Assembly (NCBI GenBank): GCA_034722055.1
Contig: JAYENL010000178.1
Coordinates: 1 to 32,091, forward strand
Direction: 5' to 3'
Length of the DNA: 32,091 bases
Origin: Armatimonadota bacterium
GTDB taxonomy: Bacteria; Armatimonadota; Zipacnadia; Zipacnadales; UBA5352
Below, piece after piece: positions 1-10,900 of this stretch (position 1 is the stretch's first letter; each line of letters begins with the position of its first letter). The position numbers were made by a program, and so were the translations under genes. The notes under the pieces are model-generated. The model ran no database searches. It worked only from the letters and a program-made list of their open reading frames with translations, and was not told where the DNA came from.

Positions 1-165
1 GCCCGCCGCTCCGTACGGAATGACGCCAACGACATATGGCAACGACCGACGCAACGCGGGTCCGCGTCCTACAGCAAGCGCTGCCGTTTCCGTGCCGTTG
101 AGACCGAAGGTCTCCGAGGGGCCGCACGACGACGGGTGCAAAGCACCCGGAGGAGGCCGGCCCAA
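1..165. repeat. REP-like palindrome cluster
   Basis: Contains a GTAG-led imperfect palindrome on the minus strand (about 48-72, GTAGGACGCGG...TTGCGTC), hairpins GAGACC-GAA-GGTCTC (100-114) and CGGGTGC-AAA-GCACCCG (133-149), and a GTACGGAG motif on minus (9-16) shared with 31889-32091. Confidence 0.55.
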
Positions 166-170
166 CAAGA

Positions 171-929
171 TTACCCCACGCCGATAGAGCGCAGGAACTG
201 CACGCACTCCACGACCGCGCCGTGGCGCTGATCGCGATCCTTCCCGTGGACAACAGGCCCCTCCAACTCCAATGTCAGCGGGCCGTCGAACCCGGCGGCG
301 TCGAGGGTCCCGAAGATGCGATCCCACTCCACCACGCCCCGGCCCAGCACGGGGAAGTCGAAGGACTCGTAGTCCCCCTCGGTATCCTTCAGATGGAGGC
401 TGACCACGTGCTCGACCACCCGCTCCAGCTCGTCGGCGCTGGCCAGATCGCGGTTGTAGTAGTAGATGTTCCCGGTGTCGAAGTTGATGCCCACGTTGGG
501 GTGGCCGATGGCGTCCATGGTCGCCAGCATCCGGTCGGCGTTCGGGCAGAAGGGGCGATGCGTCTCGAGGGCGATGACCGCGCCCCGCTCCTGCGCCTCG
601 TCGGCGAGGTCTCGCAGGTCACTCATGTAGTCATCAAGCTCGCGCTCACTGCCGGACGCGCTCGTGAAGACGATCGGAATGCCGAGGGACCCGGCCGCAT
701 CCAGCGCTGCCACGTATCCCGCGACGGACTCCTCGGCGTCGAGGTTGACGTGCGTTGCCAGCGTCAGGACCTCCACCCCGTGCTCCTGGGCGCCCGCCAC
801 CACCTCCGCCAGCTCCTCCCGGGGTCGCTGGTTGGCCTCCAGGCCGTGGATCCCAGCGTGCGGCAGCAGCTCGACAGCGTCCTGCCAGCTCGGGTAGACT
901 GGTTCGCGACATGACAGCGTGCCTGACAT
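171..929 (-). CDS. Sugar phosphate isomerase/epimerase (xylose isomerase-like TIM barrel, AP_endonuc_2 family), 252 aa
   Basis: Metal-binding motifs ALETH, NFDTGN, LHLKD, G-G-V-W and TLELE. Start MSGTLS at 929 follows an AGGGAGA RBS. The upstream part of the 464-aa ORF is antisense to the methyltransferase gene. Confidence 0.9.
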   Translation of the reverse strand: MSGTLSCREPVYPSWQDAVELLPHAGIHGLEANQRPREELAEVVAGAQEHGVEVLTLATHVNLDAEESVAGYVAALDAAGSLGIPIVFTSASGSERELDDYMSDLRDLADEAQERGAVIALETHRPFCPNADRMLATMDAIGHPNVGINFDTGNIYYYNRDLASADELERVVEHVVSLHLKDTEGDYESFDFPVLGRGVVEWDRIFGTLDAAGFDGPLTLELEGPVVHGKDRDQRHGAVVECVQFLRSIGVG

Positions 930-1124
930 GATGGCTCGCTTCTCCCTGTCCTGCTCTCGATGGCTGCGCGCTGGCGTGGGTCCTTCCCCTGCACTCGCGC
1001 CATGACCTGCAATAGTCTCCGGCGCCGGCCGCGAAGGGGACCGGGGATCTTGCGCAACCACTCGCCCGTGGAATGCGGCCGACCAGCACCATCGGGGACA
1101 GCCACACTGCTGTGGAGGCAGAAC

Positions 1125-1988
1125 ATGACCCAGGCCATGTGGAGCATCGAGGACCTTCTCGCCGAGGCCATGGACGGACGCGTCGGCGACCGCTTCGGCG
1201 GACCTGAGGAGCTGGCCGCGTTCAGTCATGATGAGCTTCTCGAGGGTGCTCGAAAGGCCCTGGCTCGGCCCCAGGAGGCCAGCTTGTCGCCGGCCGCGAA
1301 GGCCCTCAACCGCCGCCTGCTGGCCGCCCAGTGGACGCTGCTGCTCGAGGGCCTCGGCCTCCCCGATCCACCGCGCGTCCTGGAGCCCTGTGCCGGCGGC
1401 AGCGACCCCGTCATCGTCGCACTCGATGCGCTCTACCGCGAGCGCGCCTCCTACGTCACCGTGAACCTCAACCGCGGTCTGGCCACCGAGCTGGCCCGCC
1501 GCGCCGCCGACCTCGATCTTCAGGTCACCATCATCGAGGATGACGCCCGCAACCTGTCCGACCACTTCGACCCATGCTCATTCGACTGCGTCTGCCTGCA
1601 CCACGCGGTCAATGACATCCTCCAGACCGCGGTCGCCGCCACGCACGGGATGGACACCCGGGAGATCGACTGGTGGCCCACCGAGCGGCAGATGATCGAG
1701 TGGATGGCCCGGCAGCACGAGGAGGATGGCCTGCGTTCCGTCGGCCTGCCGGAGCTGGAGACGATCCTCGAGGGATGCGCGCGGGTCCTGAGGCCCGGCG
1801 CGCCCATGTCCTTCGATCACTGGACCTCGAAGCACCACCTGGGCCTTGACTGGTTCCCCGGCGGGCTCTTCAACGACATGATCCCGCTCGCGCGCCGGCT
1901 GATCGCGTCGCTGTCTGTGCCTCTCGAGGAGGTCACGCCCGAGGGCCTCGACCCACGGTGGTGGATGGTCTTGCGGCGCCTCGGATAG
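1125..1988 (+). CDS. Class I SAM-dependent methyltransferase-like protein, 287 aa
   Basis: Motif I-like RVLEPCAGG, IIEDDARNL, SFDCVCL and ARVLRPG. GGAGG RBS upstream of ATG 1125. Confidence 0.7.
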   Translation: MTQAMWSIEDLLAEAMDGRVGDRFGGPEELAAFSHDELLEGARKALARPQEASLSPAAKALNRRLLAAQWTLLLEGLGLPDPPRVLEPCAGGSDPVIVALDALYRERASYVTVNLNRGLATELARRAADLDLQVTIIEDDARNLSDHFDPCSFDCVCLHHAVNDILQTAVAATHGMDTREIDWWPTERQMIEWMARQHEEDGLRSVGLPELETILEGCARVLRPGAPMSFDHWTSKHHLGLDWFPGGLFNDMIPLARRLIASLSVPLEEVTPEGLDPRWWMVLRRLG

Positions 1989-2016
1989 GCGTATACGGCC
2001 GCACTGCTCGGGGGCC

Positions 2017-3237
2017 TCACTCCCCACCGCCCGGCTGGGGCACATCAGCACCCGCCGGGGTCGGCTCTCCCTCCGGGCGCGGGTCACCGTCAAAGTCCAC
2101 CGCGCACTCCGGATGCCGCTGCACTCGCGGCACCGGCGCATCCGGCAGCAGGTGCAGGTCGCCCGAGGCGGCATCGACGAACCACGCCGGCGCCGCGGAC
2201 GTGACGTTGCCGCGAAGCTCCGCGCTGGCCTCATCGCGGCGAGTGATCGCCGCGTCGGTCAGGTTGCCGATGATCTGCACGCCGGTGGTGGCGGGAAAGC
2301 GGTACTCGATGGCATTCGGGTAGGTGCCGCTGAGCAGCACCGTGTTGTGCAGGACCCTCGTCCCCGGCGAGTTCCACACGATGATGCCGGCGTCACCCGG
2401 GGAGTCCGGCCCGCGATGGAAGATGTTGTTGCGGATCACTCCGCCCCGGTGGTCCTGCGGATTGTCTGAGGCCAGCCCGAACGCGATGCCCCGCTGGCAG
2501 TTGACGAACCAGTTGCCCTCGCAGATCGTGTCGGTGCACCCCCGCCACATGAGCACCGATGGCCCTGCCAACTGCCCCTCCGGCGCGCGGATGTTCACGA
2601 ACCGGTTGTGGCGGATGATCCAGCCCGCCCCGCCCAGCACATCCACGCCATCCGTGTAGTCGCTGCGGGCGGTGGTCTCGTAGGCCATCAGTGTGTACTC
2701 CACGACGCCCCCATCCACGCCATTGCCCGCCTTGTCCACGGTGCCCTTGATGAACTGCTGGCCGGCGTTGATCAGCCGGCAGTTGTAGATGTGCGGCCGG
2801 GCGCAGCCGCTGGGGCCGTCGAGCTGGATCGGATGGTACCACACGTCCCTGATGGTCAGATCCGCGATCAGCACGTCCTGAGCGTCGCCCACCAGGATCC
2901 CGTGAGGCACGCTCCCGTAGTCCTCGTTGGCCATCCCCCGGCCGATGATGAGCACGTCCTCGGGCCGGCCCGTCTCGCCGCGGATCGCCACGTCCTGCAC
3001 CCCGCCGGTGAGGTACAGGCACATCTCCAGCGTGTAGGTCCCCGGCGCGATCAGGATCGTGATCCCCGAGCGCGCCTCCCGTACGGCGGTCTGAAGCTGC
3101 TGCACGGTCGCCACACGTACGACCTCGCCGTCCGGCTCGGGCAGCGGCGGCGCCTCGGCGGGTGTGCTTCCGCAGCCGGACTGCGCCAGCAGGCCTGCCA
3201 GCGCGGCAGCGCCGGCGATCATCATCTGCGGGCTCAT
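2017..3237 (-). CDS. Right-handed parallel beta-helix (pectin lyase-like) protein, probable lipoprotein, 406 aa
   Basis: Hydrophobic N-terminus ending QSG-C, TILIAPGTY, repeated beta-helix motifs (IIRHNRF, CEGNWF, IRNNIF, VLHNTV), C-terminal FVDAASGDLHL...DFDGDPR...AGAD. AGGGAGG RBS. Confidence 0.85.
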   Translation of the reverse strand: MSPQMMIAGAAALAGLLAQSGCGSTPAEAPPLPEPDGEVVRVATVQQLQTAVREARSGITILIAPGTYTLEMCLYLTGGVQDVAIRGETGRPEDVLIIGRGMANEDYGSVPHGILVGDAQDVLIADLTIRDVWYHPIQLDGPSGCARPHIYNCRLINAGQQFIKGTVDKAGNGVDGGVVEYTLMAYETTARSDYTDGVDVLGGAGWIIRHNRFVNIRAPEGQLAGPSVLMWRGCTDTICEGNWFVNCQRGIAFGLASDNPQDHRGGVIRNNIFHRGPDSPGDAGIIVWNSPGTRVLHNTVLLSGTYPNAIEYRFPATTGVQIIGNLTDAAITRRDEASAELRGNVTSAAPAWFVDAASGDLHLLPDAPVPRVQRHPECAVDFDGDPRPEGEPTPAGADVPQPGGGE

Positions 3238-3261
3238 GGCAACCTCCCTGACGCTCGGCGC

Positions 3262-5562
3262 TCAGTCCGTCGGCAGGCCCAGCAGGCCAGTCGCGCTGAA
3301 CGGGCTGGCCACCCGGTGAAATGCGAACGTCTCCTCGCCCACGATCTCGCCCCCGAGGCGGAGGGCCACGCGCATCTGATACGCGCCCTCCGGCAGGTCC
3401 GCCACCTCCACCTCGAAGGGGCCCACGGTCGCCTCCGGGCTGATCGTGGCCGTCAGCGCGGGCTCGTCATCACCGCGCCCCAGGACGCTCAGCTCCAGCT
3501 TCGCCTCCGGCAGTGCGCTCTCGGCTACGCCCAGGCTGAAGTCCCCGGTCAGCGTCGTCTCGCCGAGGTATGAGACCAGGGAATCCGGCGCCACCTGCAG
3601 CGGTGGCGGCACCGTGTGAGTCACCGAGGTGGTGGAGAGGACGGTGCCATCGGCGCCGAGAAGCTCGTAGCGCAGGCGCACCTCGCCGGTCTCCTCGAAG
3701 CTGACGAGCACCTCCATCTCCCGCGTGCTGCGCGGCGCCACCGTCGCGGGGGTCTCTGCCAGCCGCTCGAGCCCCTGGGGCGTCTCCTCGCTGATGACCA
3801 GCCGGGCCTCGACGGCCTCCCGCCGGCGGTTGTCGATGGCGAAGTCTAACGCCCCCTGGCCCCAGAACACGCGCTCTGCTGCCAGCGGCCTCCCGGTGAC
3901 CGAGTTCGCGGTGGGGTCGAAGGGCAGCACCAGCCGCCCGAAGTGCTGCGGGTCGCCGAAGCCGCTCTCCACATCTACCCAGGTGTACGTCGAGCGGCCG
4001 CCGCGCTTGCTGGTACGCGCGAAGTTCGCGCCCCACGCCCGCCCCTCAGCCTCCGCCAGCCGCAGCCCGGCGAACTCCAGCTTCACCTCCGCCTGCCAGC
4101 AATCCGGCAGCACCGTCGTCGCCACCTCCACCGGCCCGTTCCAGCCAGGACCGTCCAGCTCCGGCGCACCGGCGTCCTGGTCGAAGAACACGCCTGTGGG
4201 ATTGACGATGATCTGATAGTAGGTGCGCCGGTCGCGGTTGGTGTCCAGGAACAGCTCCACCGAGTCGTCCGTCCAGACCGGCCCGTCGCGCTCCCTCACC
4301 TCCGCCACCAGGTTCTCGGTCGATGGCTCCGTGCAGATGAAGCCGAAGTAGAGGGCCTCACGGTCGGCGCAGGCCAACACCGTCGTGGAGACATCCGTGC
4401 CCGGCACGGCGAAGAACACCTCCAGGTCGCTCACCCGGCCGGCCTCCTCCCAGCAGGCATCGTCGAGCGCCCCATCCAGCACCGGCGGCTGGCGGGCCTC
4501 GCCGCAGGTAAGCACCTTCCCCTCAGGAGTCTCCTCCCGCCTGGCGGCGAAGGCCGCGCGTTCCTCCAGTTCACCCGCCTCCACCACCAGCGCGGGCAGC
4601 TCGCCCCCGGGGATCGCGATCACCGTGGCGTCATCGCAGAACACCTCGCCGGCCCCGCCCGCCAGTGAGAACCACAGCACGGCGCTGGCCGCATCCTTCG
4701 GAGCGGTGGTGGAGCCGGTCACGCGGATCCAGTCGTGCGGCTGGCGCTCTCCGCGCAGCCGCAGCATCCCCTCGTGCAGCCGGCCGTTCTCAGCGTCGCG
4801 GAACTCCAGCATGATGGAGGCGAACGCCCGACCGTCAAGCTCCGTGGCCTTCACCCACGCCGAGGCCCTGACGCCCTGACCCTCGCGCACCGGCATCGAC
4901 GGCGGCCACGTCCACCAGAAGGGCCGGTTCGTGTTATGCGGCGGCTCGCCCTCGAAGGTCCGCGCGATCTTCAGGGCCAACTCGCCCGTCCGCGCCTGCT
5001 CGTCCGTCCAGACCCGCTCGGTGGTCTCGCCAGGCTTGTCCCTGCCGCCCGCCCACCACCGCTCCGGCCACTGGGGATGCTCCGCGTTCGCCTCCTCGAA
5101 GCTCGTCTCCAGCAGCAGGCTCTCATCGCGCGGGACGAACGTCTGCTCCAGAGGCCGCCACGCATCCTCCGCACCCGGTGCGACGGTGCGGAAGTACAGA
5201 TACCACGTGCGCTCCTCGAAGGGCGCTATCGCTCCCGATGGCCACCGCAGGCGCAGGATCGGATTGCCCGACGCGTAGCGGATCACGGCGTCCTGCGCCA
5301 GCTCCAGCGGCACGGTCTCGCCCGAGCGGGCATCGATGAGCGTCAGCGAGTCCGCGGCCAGCATCCGGCTCGCCCCCAGCAGCTCGTTGAAGTCGATGAC
5401 GACCTCCAGCCTTGTCTCCTGGCGCGCGTGGAGATCGCCCTCCAGCGACAGCGGGAGCCGCGCGTCCGCCTCCTCCACCGCCCACTCCGCTCCCGCCGGC
5501 GCCGCCAGCACCATCGCCGCCAGCAGTGCCGCGGTATGAGACACGCATTGCGCTCGGATCAT
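3262..5562 (-). CDS. Secreted multidomain sugar-binding protein (CBM4/9-like jelly roll plus CBM9_1/DOMON-like domain), 766 aa
   Basis: Signal peptide ending AGA, CBM4/9-like segment (TSFEE...GEVFCDDA), CBM9_1 motifs PPVLDGALDDACW, WTDDSVELFLD, YYQIIVNPTG, WQAEVKL and WGANFAR. Start overlaps the upstream stop (TGATG). Confidence 0.75.
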   Translation of the reverse strand: MIRAQCVSHTAALLAAMVLAAPAGAEWAVEEADARLPLSLEGDLHARQETRLEVVIDFNELLGASRMLAADSLTLIDARSGETVPLELAQDAVIRYASGNPILRLRWPSGAIAPFEERTWYLYFRTVAPGAEDAWRPLEQTFVPRDESLLLETSFEEANAEHPQWPERWWAGGRDKPGETTERVWTDEQARTGELALKIARTFEGEPPHNTNRPFWWTWPPSMPVREGQGVRASAWVKATELDGRAFASIMLEFRDAENGRLHEGMLRLRGERQPHDWIRVTGSTTAPKDAASAVLWFSLAGGAGEVFCDDATVIAIPGGELPALVVEAGELEERAAFAARREETPEGKVLTCGEARQPPVLDGALDDACWEEAGRVSDLEVFFAVPGTDVSTTVLACADREALYFGFICTEPSTENLVAEVRERDGPVWTDDSVELFLDTNRDRRTYYQIIVNPTGVFFDQDAGAPELDGPGWNGPVEVATTVLPDCWQAEVKLEFAGLRLAEAEGRAWGANFARTSKRGGRSTYTWVDVESGFGDPQHFGRLVLPFDPTANSVTGRPLAAERVFWGQGALDFAIDNRRREAVEARLVISEETPQGLERLAETPATVAPRSTREMEVLVSFEETGEVRLRYELLGADGTVLSTTSVTHTVPPPLQVAPDSLVSYLGETTLTGDFSLGVAESALPEAKLELSVLGRGDDEPALTATISPEATVGPFEVEVADLPEGAYQMRVALRLGGEIVGEETFAFHRVASPFSATGLLGLPTD

Positions 5563-7943
5563 CAGCCCTCCCTCCCCAGCGCCTGATTGATCTCCATGAT
5601 GAACTGGGCCACCTGCCAGCGGTACCTGTCGAGGTCATGCACCGGCCAGAAGGCGCCCTGCACGTCCAGATCGGCCTTGGGGTCGCCGGCGATGTAATCC
5701 ACCTCGTCGGGAAGCTCGGCGAGCTTGCCGTCCAGCCACGTTCGGGCCTCGCGCGCCTTCGCGGCCGCCTCGGCCCGGCCGGATTGCTCAGCCTCAGTGA
5801 TGAGCCTGTCCAGGTTCCAGAGGTACTCATAGTCCACCGCCCCCTGGACCAGGCGCTTGAGCCAGACCGTCGGCTCGATGGTGGTCATGCTGGTGGGCAG
5901 GCCCATGGGGGGCATGGTCTCGATGTCGAAGAGGTTCCCCGGCTGGCCGTTGGCGTAGACGCCGGACTCGTAGCTGGCGCGGGTGATGCCGTGCTTGAAG
6001 CAGAACCAGCCCATGGAGAAGCGGGAGCGCGTGAAGTTGTAGGCCCACAGACGCTCGCCGGTGCGGTGCATGATCTCAAGCTCCCCGGCGTGCATCATGG
6101 CGTGGTTGGGCTGGGGGTACTTGACCAGCCCCCGCTCGATGGCGGCCATGTCCGAGGGACCGTTGCCGCGGATGGTGTTAGCCACGCCCAGGTCATGCAG
6201 CAGCGTGTGCACCTCGATGGCGAACTGCTTGCCCTGCTCCCCGTAGTTGCTGAACTCGCCGAGGCACTCGAAGGCCACCTCCGGCCAGCCCTCTGCCTTC
6301 GCACGCTCGTCGATGAGACCGATGGCCTGGGCGTAATGCTCCCGTCCCTCCTCCGTGGGGATGAACTCCACGCCCGGGTTGTCGGGCCGGTGGAAGTGCC
6401 CGCCGAAGAGGATGTTCAGGCCCCCCGTGCGGCAGATCATGGCGTTATCCCGTGGCCACGCATCCTCCTCGCGGAGGATCTGCATCAGCTTCGCGGTGTC
6501 GTCCAGATCCACGTCAACGACGCGCCCATCCTCGATCTTCACCGCGCCGCTTCCCCGGGGGATGATGCACTCCGCGCGGCAGTACTGATTGTCGCGCATG
6601 AAGCGCACCTCGGCCCGCATGGCCTCCCAGAAGCGCTCGGGGTCGAAGTCCGGGAGGTAGGCCCTCCCCTGGTAGTACATGGTGCCGAAGTACATGTATC
6701 GCTCCACGGGCGGCGTCTCCAGCGTCACCGGCACCACCCGGGCGCGCAGGTCCATGGAGGACGGGGGCGCATTGCGCGCGGAGATGGTGATGCGCCCCTC
6801 GTAGACGCCCGGCGCGGCGTCAGGCGGCGTGTTCAGCGTTATCCAGAACCGCTTGCACGTGCCGTCCCCGATGAAGGTGGGGCGCAGCGGAAGGATCAGA
6901 CACTCTCTGATGGCGAACGTCGGCGCATCCCGCCGCCCGGCATGCCAGGGCGCGAACTGCACCAGGCCGGGCTGGAAGGCCTCCGCCGGGAGCGTCGCTC
7001 CGTTCTCGGCGCGCATCTCGCCCAGTGCGAAGGTCACGTCCTCGAGGTCGCGCAGTGCGTAGACCGCGAAGGACGCCTGCTCCTGCTCCCCTGGCGTGGC
7101 GAACAGCTCGATCCGCTCGCGGCTGGCCCCAGGCGCCGGCTGCGACCAGGGGCGAGTGTCGTCCGAGCAGTGCGCCTCCGCCACCAGGTATCCCCGCTGC
7201 CGCTCCTCGGCGGAGACATCCGCCTGCGGCTCGGGCTCGGGGCGCTGCTCCTGCCAGAAGCCGTAGAAGGCCTCCCGCCGCAGGTCGTCGATCCTCCCGA
7301 TCTCCCGCCCCACGCGCTCCGACACGTCCTGCGCGGCCACCACCACCGCGTTCACGGGGAAGCCGGCGTGGTCCTGGAACCCCAGCACCAGCTTGCCCTC
7401 GGTGGCGGCCGCCTCGTGCCTCAGCCACTCGAACCGGGGCTCGATGAACACCTCCCAGATGTCGTCGCCCTGCTGCCAGTCGTAGTCGGCGACCTCAAAC
7501 AGCTTCTCCTCCGGGTAGTCGATCGTCCGCGCCACCTCGCCCTGAACCAGCAGGGCGTGGGGCGCCCGCAGGTATCGCAGCCGCCAGATATTGCCCATCG
7601 CCCCGCTCAGCACCCACACCGTGTACTCGCCGTCCGGCACATCGACCTGGAACGTGCCGGTCCGGTTCCCCAGACCGGAGATGTCGTCGATGGCCAGCGC
7701 GTCGATGTTGCTGGCCACGTGGGCCCGCATGCCCTCCGCCTCGCCCAGCCAGCCGTAGCCCCGCTCGGCGGCGTAGCTGGTCTCGAGCGTCACCTGCGCG
7801 AAGCCGGGCCAGACGGGGGAGTCCGCGCTCCCCATGTCGAACAGGTAGACGTTCGCCTCACCCGCGCACGCGGCCGGCGCCAACAGCATCAGCGCCAGGA
7901 GCAGCGTAAGCGCCACCGCCCGGCGCACCAGTCGCATATGCAT
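5562..7943 (-). CDS. Secreted putative glycoside hydrolase (galactose-binding-like N-domain, GH123/DUF6067-like middle, DUF4091-like C-terminus), 793 aa
   Basis: Signal peptide ending ACA. FDMG..SPVWPGF..VT...Y..ERGYGW resembles YesT/YxiM-type N-domains. ATPGEQEQASF and FWITL.TPPDAAPGVYEGRI resemble the GH123 N-terminal region. LKRLVQGAVDYEYL resembles DUF4091. GGAGG RBS. Confidence 0.7.
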   Translation of the reverse strand: MHMRLVRRAVALTLLLALMLLAPAACAGEANVYLFDMGSADSPVWPGFAQVTLETSYAAERGYGWLGEAEGMRAHVASNIDALAIDDISGLGNRTGTFQVDVPDGEYTVWVLSGAMGNIWRLRYLRAPHALLVQGEVARTIDYPEEKLFEVADYDWQQGDDIWEVFIEPRFEWLRHEAAATEGKLVLGFQDHAGFPVNAVVVAAQDVSERVGREIGRIDDLRREAFYGFWQEQRPEPEPQADVSAEERQRGYLVAEAHCSDDTRPWSQPAPGASRERIELFATPGEQEQASFAVYALRDLEDVTFALGEMRAENGATLPAEAFQPGLVQFAPWHAGRRDAPTFAIRECLILPLRPTFIGDGTCKRFWITLNTPPDAAPGVYEGRITISARNAPPSSMDLRARVVPVTLETPPVERYMYFGTMYYQGRAYLPDFDPERFWEAMRAEVRFMRDNQYCRAECIIPRGSGAVKIEDGRVVDVDLDDTAKLMQILREEDAWPRDNAMICRTGGLNILFGGHFHRPDNPGVEFIPTEEGREHYAQAIGLIDERAKAEGWPEVAFECLGEFSNYGEQGKQFAIEVHTLLHDLGVANTIRGNGPSDMAAIERGLVKYPQPNHAMMHAGELEIMHRTGERLWAYNFTRSRFSMGWFCFKHGITRASYESGVYANGQPGNLFDIETMPPMGLPTSMTTIEPTVWLKRLVQGAVDYEYLWNLDRLITEAEQSGRAEAAAKAREARTWLDGKLAELPDEVDYIAGDPKADLDVQGAFWPVHDLDRYRWQVAQFIMEINQALGREG

Positions 7944-7982
7944 GGTCGTGCCCCTCCATTGCCGTCACTCGATACAGGGCGC

Positions 7983-10900
7983 TCACTCGCTTGCGCTCGC
8001 CCACGCAATGATGTTGTGCAGGAACTCTCGCGCGACCTGCTCCAGCTTCCCGTCATCCAGCGCGCCCGTGACGTAGCGCTCCACGCTGGGCATCATGGCG
8101 AGGATGCGGCCCTCGCCGCACGAGGTCGCGATGATGGCCGCACGCCCCGCTTCATCCTCCATCAGCACCTGCCAGCCGTCGGCGCGCGCGATGGTGTCGT
8201 ACATCTGCATGCCCGCCAGGTCCCGGACCCGGTTCGGCGTTGTGAACAGCGCGTGCTCGGAAGCTCTGATGCGTCCGCTCGTCGCGTTCTCCTCCGCCAG
8301 CACCACCACGCCGGGCAGGAATCGCGTGCTCCAGCCATCGTCGTTGAGCTGCGAGACCACCAGCGTGCCGCCGCGGTAGACCCAGCGCAGGAGCGTCTCC
8401 GGCGACCGCGCGATGCCTGCGGCGTCGAGAGTGTGCGCCTGGGTGCCGAGATAGATCCTCGCGAAGCGCCCCAGCTCATCCAGCGCCTGGACGCGCTCGT
8501 ACTCCACGCCCAGCTCGTCCAGGGCCGGGGCCAGGAAGTCCTCCTCGCCAGCGATGAGCCCCGTCAGCCGACCGACGCCACCCGGCGCAATACAGTCCAC
8601 CAGCAGGCTGGCCTCAGCGGTCTCGTCGCCGGCCCGCATCCGGAGCAGAAGCGGCAGCGTCTCACCAGGCGCAGGGTCCAGCACCGGCAGGTCGAGTTGG
8701 ACGCTACGGACCTCGCGAGGACCCAGCGAGACGGTGAAGCCGCGGGCTGAGGCATCGCCCGGGAGTCCGGCGATCTGCAGCGCCATCTCCTGCGCCTCGT
8801 CACGGTTGCTCTCCACCAGGACCTGCAGCGCGGCGGGCGCCCCGTCGCCGACCGGCACCCAGCCGGGCGCGTGCAGGAAGGCGGCCTCCTCCCAGCGACT
8901 CGTATCCAGTGAGGTGATGCCGGCCTGCTTGAGCTTGTAGACCGCGTGTGGCGTGATGGTGAGCTGCACGCTCCCGCCCTTACCCGACCCGCCGCCCCGC
9001 GCCACAGCGTACGAGAAGCCCATGTGCGCGATCTCCAGGAACCGCTCCTCGCCGCTCAGCTCGTAGGCCCGCAGCATCGCCGCCGGCGTCCGATAGCACT
9101 CATAGCCGGGCGTCACCGAGGCGTTGAGCGTGGGGCAGGACGCGGAGCGGAAGCCCTTGCGCTCCGCGATCCACTCGTCCCGCGCCAGCCAGCGGGCCGC
9201 GCGCACGATGGTCTCGTCGATCTCGGGGTCGTGCAGATGCTGGTTCGCGAGCTCCAGCGAGGTCAGCAGCAGCCCCGCGCACCACGCGTAGCCGCCGATG
9301 GGCGTGGGCTTGACCTTGGAGTAGCCGGCCGGGATGTGCCAGTGGCCCAGCTCCTTGTCCTGCTCGGCGATGACCTCGCGGGTGATGATGTGCGCCGCGT
9401 TCAGGTAGTACTCGTCGCCGGTCGCCTCGTAGGCCGCGATGACCCCGAACAGCGGCCACGCCGTGGCCCGCTCGGCCCCCTTGCTCATCCGGAAGCCCGT
9501 GGTCAGGGGCCCGGCCAGGCACCGGGCCGTCCGCAGCGCCACCCGCATGGCGCGCTGGTCGCCGGTCAGCAGGGCGCACTCCAGGTTGCCCCGCGTCCAG
9601 ACGTGACCGGTGTTGAAGGAGCCCCGCGCGATGGCCTGCGGGTGCCGGCTCTGCGGGTAGTAGTCCCCCGTATGGCACATGCAGTGCACGTGCGGCTTGC
9701 CGACATCCTCGGCCTGCCTGGCGTGGTGGATGATGTCCACGTCGATGTTATGCCGCGCCGCCCACACCGCGTTGTCGAAGAAGTCGCGCCGGGCCGAGCG
9801 CGCGAACTGCAGGAACAGGCCATGCTGGGTGTCGTACTCGATGTTGCCCCAGTTGAAGCCGCGCTCCCCCCACCAGTCGCCGAAGTTGAGCATCCCGTAC
9901 TCCCGCTCGTCCTCCCGAACGGCGACGATCCGCTCCAGGATGCGGTCCGCCATGGCGTCGTAGCGCTCGAACTCGCCGGGGGTGCGCGGCGTGATGTCGC
10001 CGAAGGCCTTGCTGTCGGCGTACCACTCAGGCGTCGCAAAGGCCAGCGCCGGGGCCTCGGCCTGCCCCGCGACCGTGGTCAGATCGCCCGCCTTGCCGGG
10101 CGGCGAGAAGCGGATCAGCAGCTCGTGAGTCTTGGAGACGCCGGAGTGCAGCTTGTAGACCCCGCCCAGCAGGTAGTAGTAGAGCTTGTCCTCCAGCTCC
10201 GGCTCGATCTGCGCGTACTCCTCCTGCGGCAGCTCCGGCATGATGCCGATGACGGCGCCGCGGTCGTCGCATCCCAGGCTCTTGGGGTAGAGCTGCCAGA
10301 AGTTGCGGACGCCGATGAGCGCGTCCCCGCCCTCGCCACGCACGATCACCGCGCCGGGCGCTCGCCGGCCGGTGGCAGCCGCCGCACCCTCCAGGCGGAA
10401 GCTGTCATCGAAGCTCTGCACCAGCCGGGCGGCTGCCGGCAGATCGGCGGACCGGCCGTCCTCCAGCAGCACCTCGCACCCGCGGGCGCCGCCGGCCATC
10501 GGGATGCGCACGTTCATGCTGCGGACGGTCGTGAAGGTCTCCTCCACCCGGTCGTTCTCGAAGGTGTGAAAGACGTGCACCAGCGGCAGCCCGGCGTAGA
10601 AGTGCAGCCGCACCTCGTAGCGGAAGAGCGCCTGTCCTGCGCCATCACGATGCCGCCCGCGCGCAGACACCACGGCATGCAGCGGCCCGCGGCGCGTCAC
10701 CTCCAGCGACTCCGGCGCGCCGCGCGAGGTGAACTCCTCGCCGTCGAGGTCGGTGAGGACGATCCCCGCGCCCTCGGCCTCGGTGATACGCTCGTCGTCG
10801 GCGTACGTCCCGTCGCCGTCCCGGTCCAGCCAGGCCTCGCCCAGCAGGGCGAAGTCCTCGCGGCCAAGGCGCACCCTCAGCGTACCCGTGCCAACCGCGA

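Noticed and set aside
930..1565. N-terminal extension of the 464-aa ORF
   Set aside because: It overlaps the methyltransferase gene on the opposite strand. The TIM-barrel protein has its own RBS and start at 929.
5412..8750. 1112-aa plus-strand ORF
   Set aside because: Antisense shadow of well-supported minus-strand genes.
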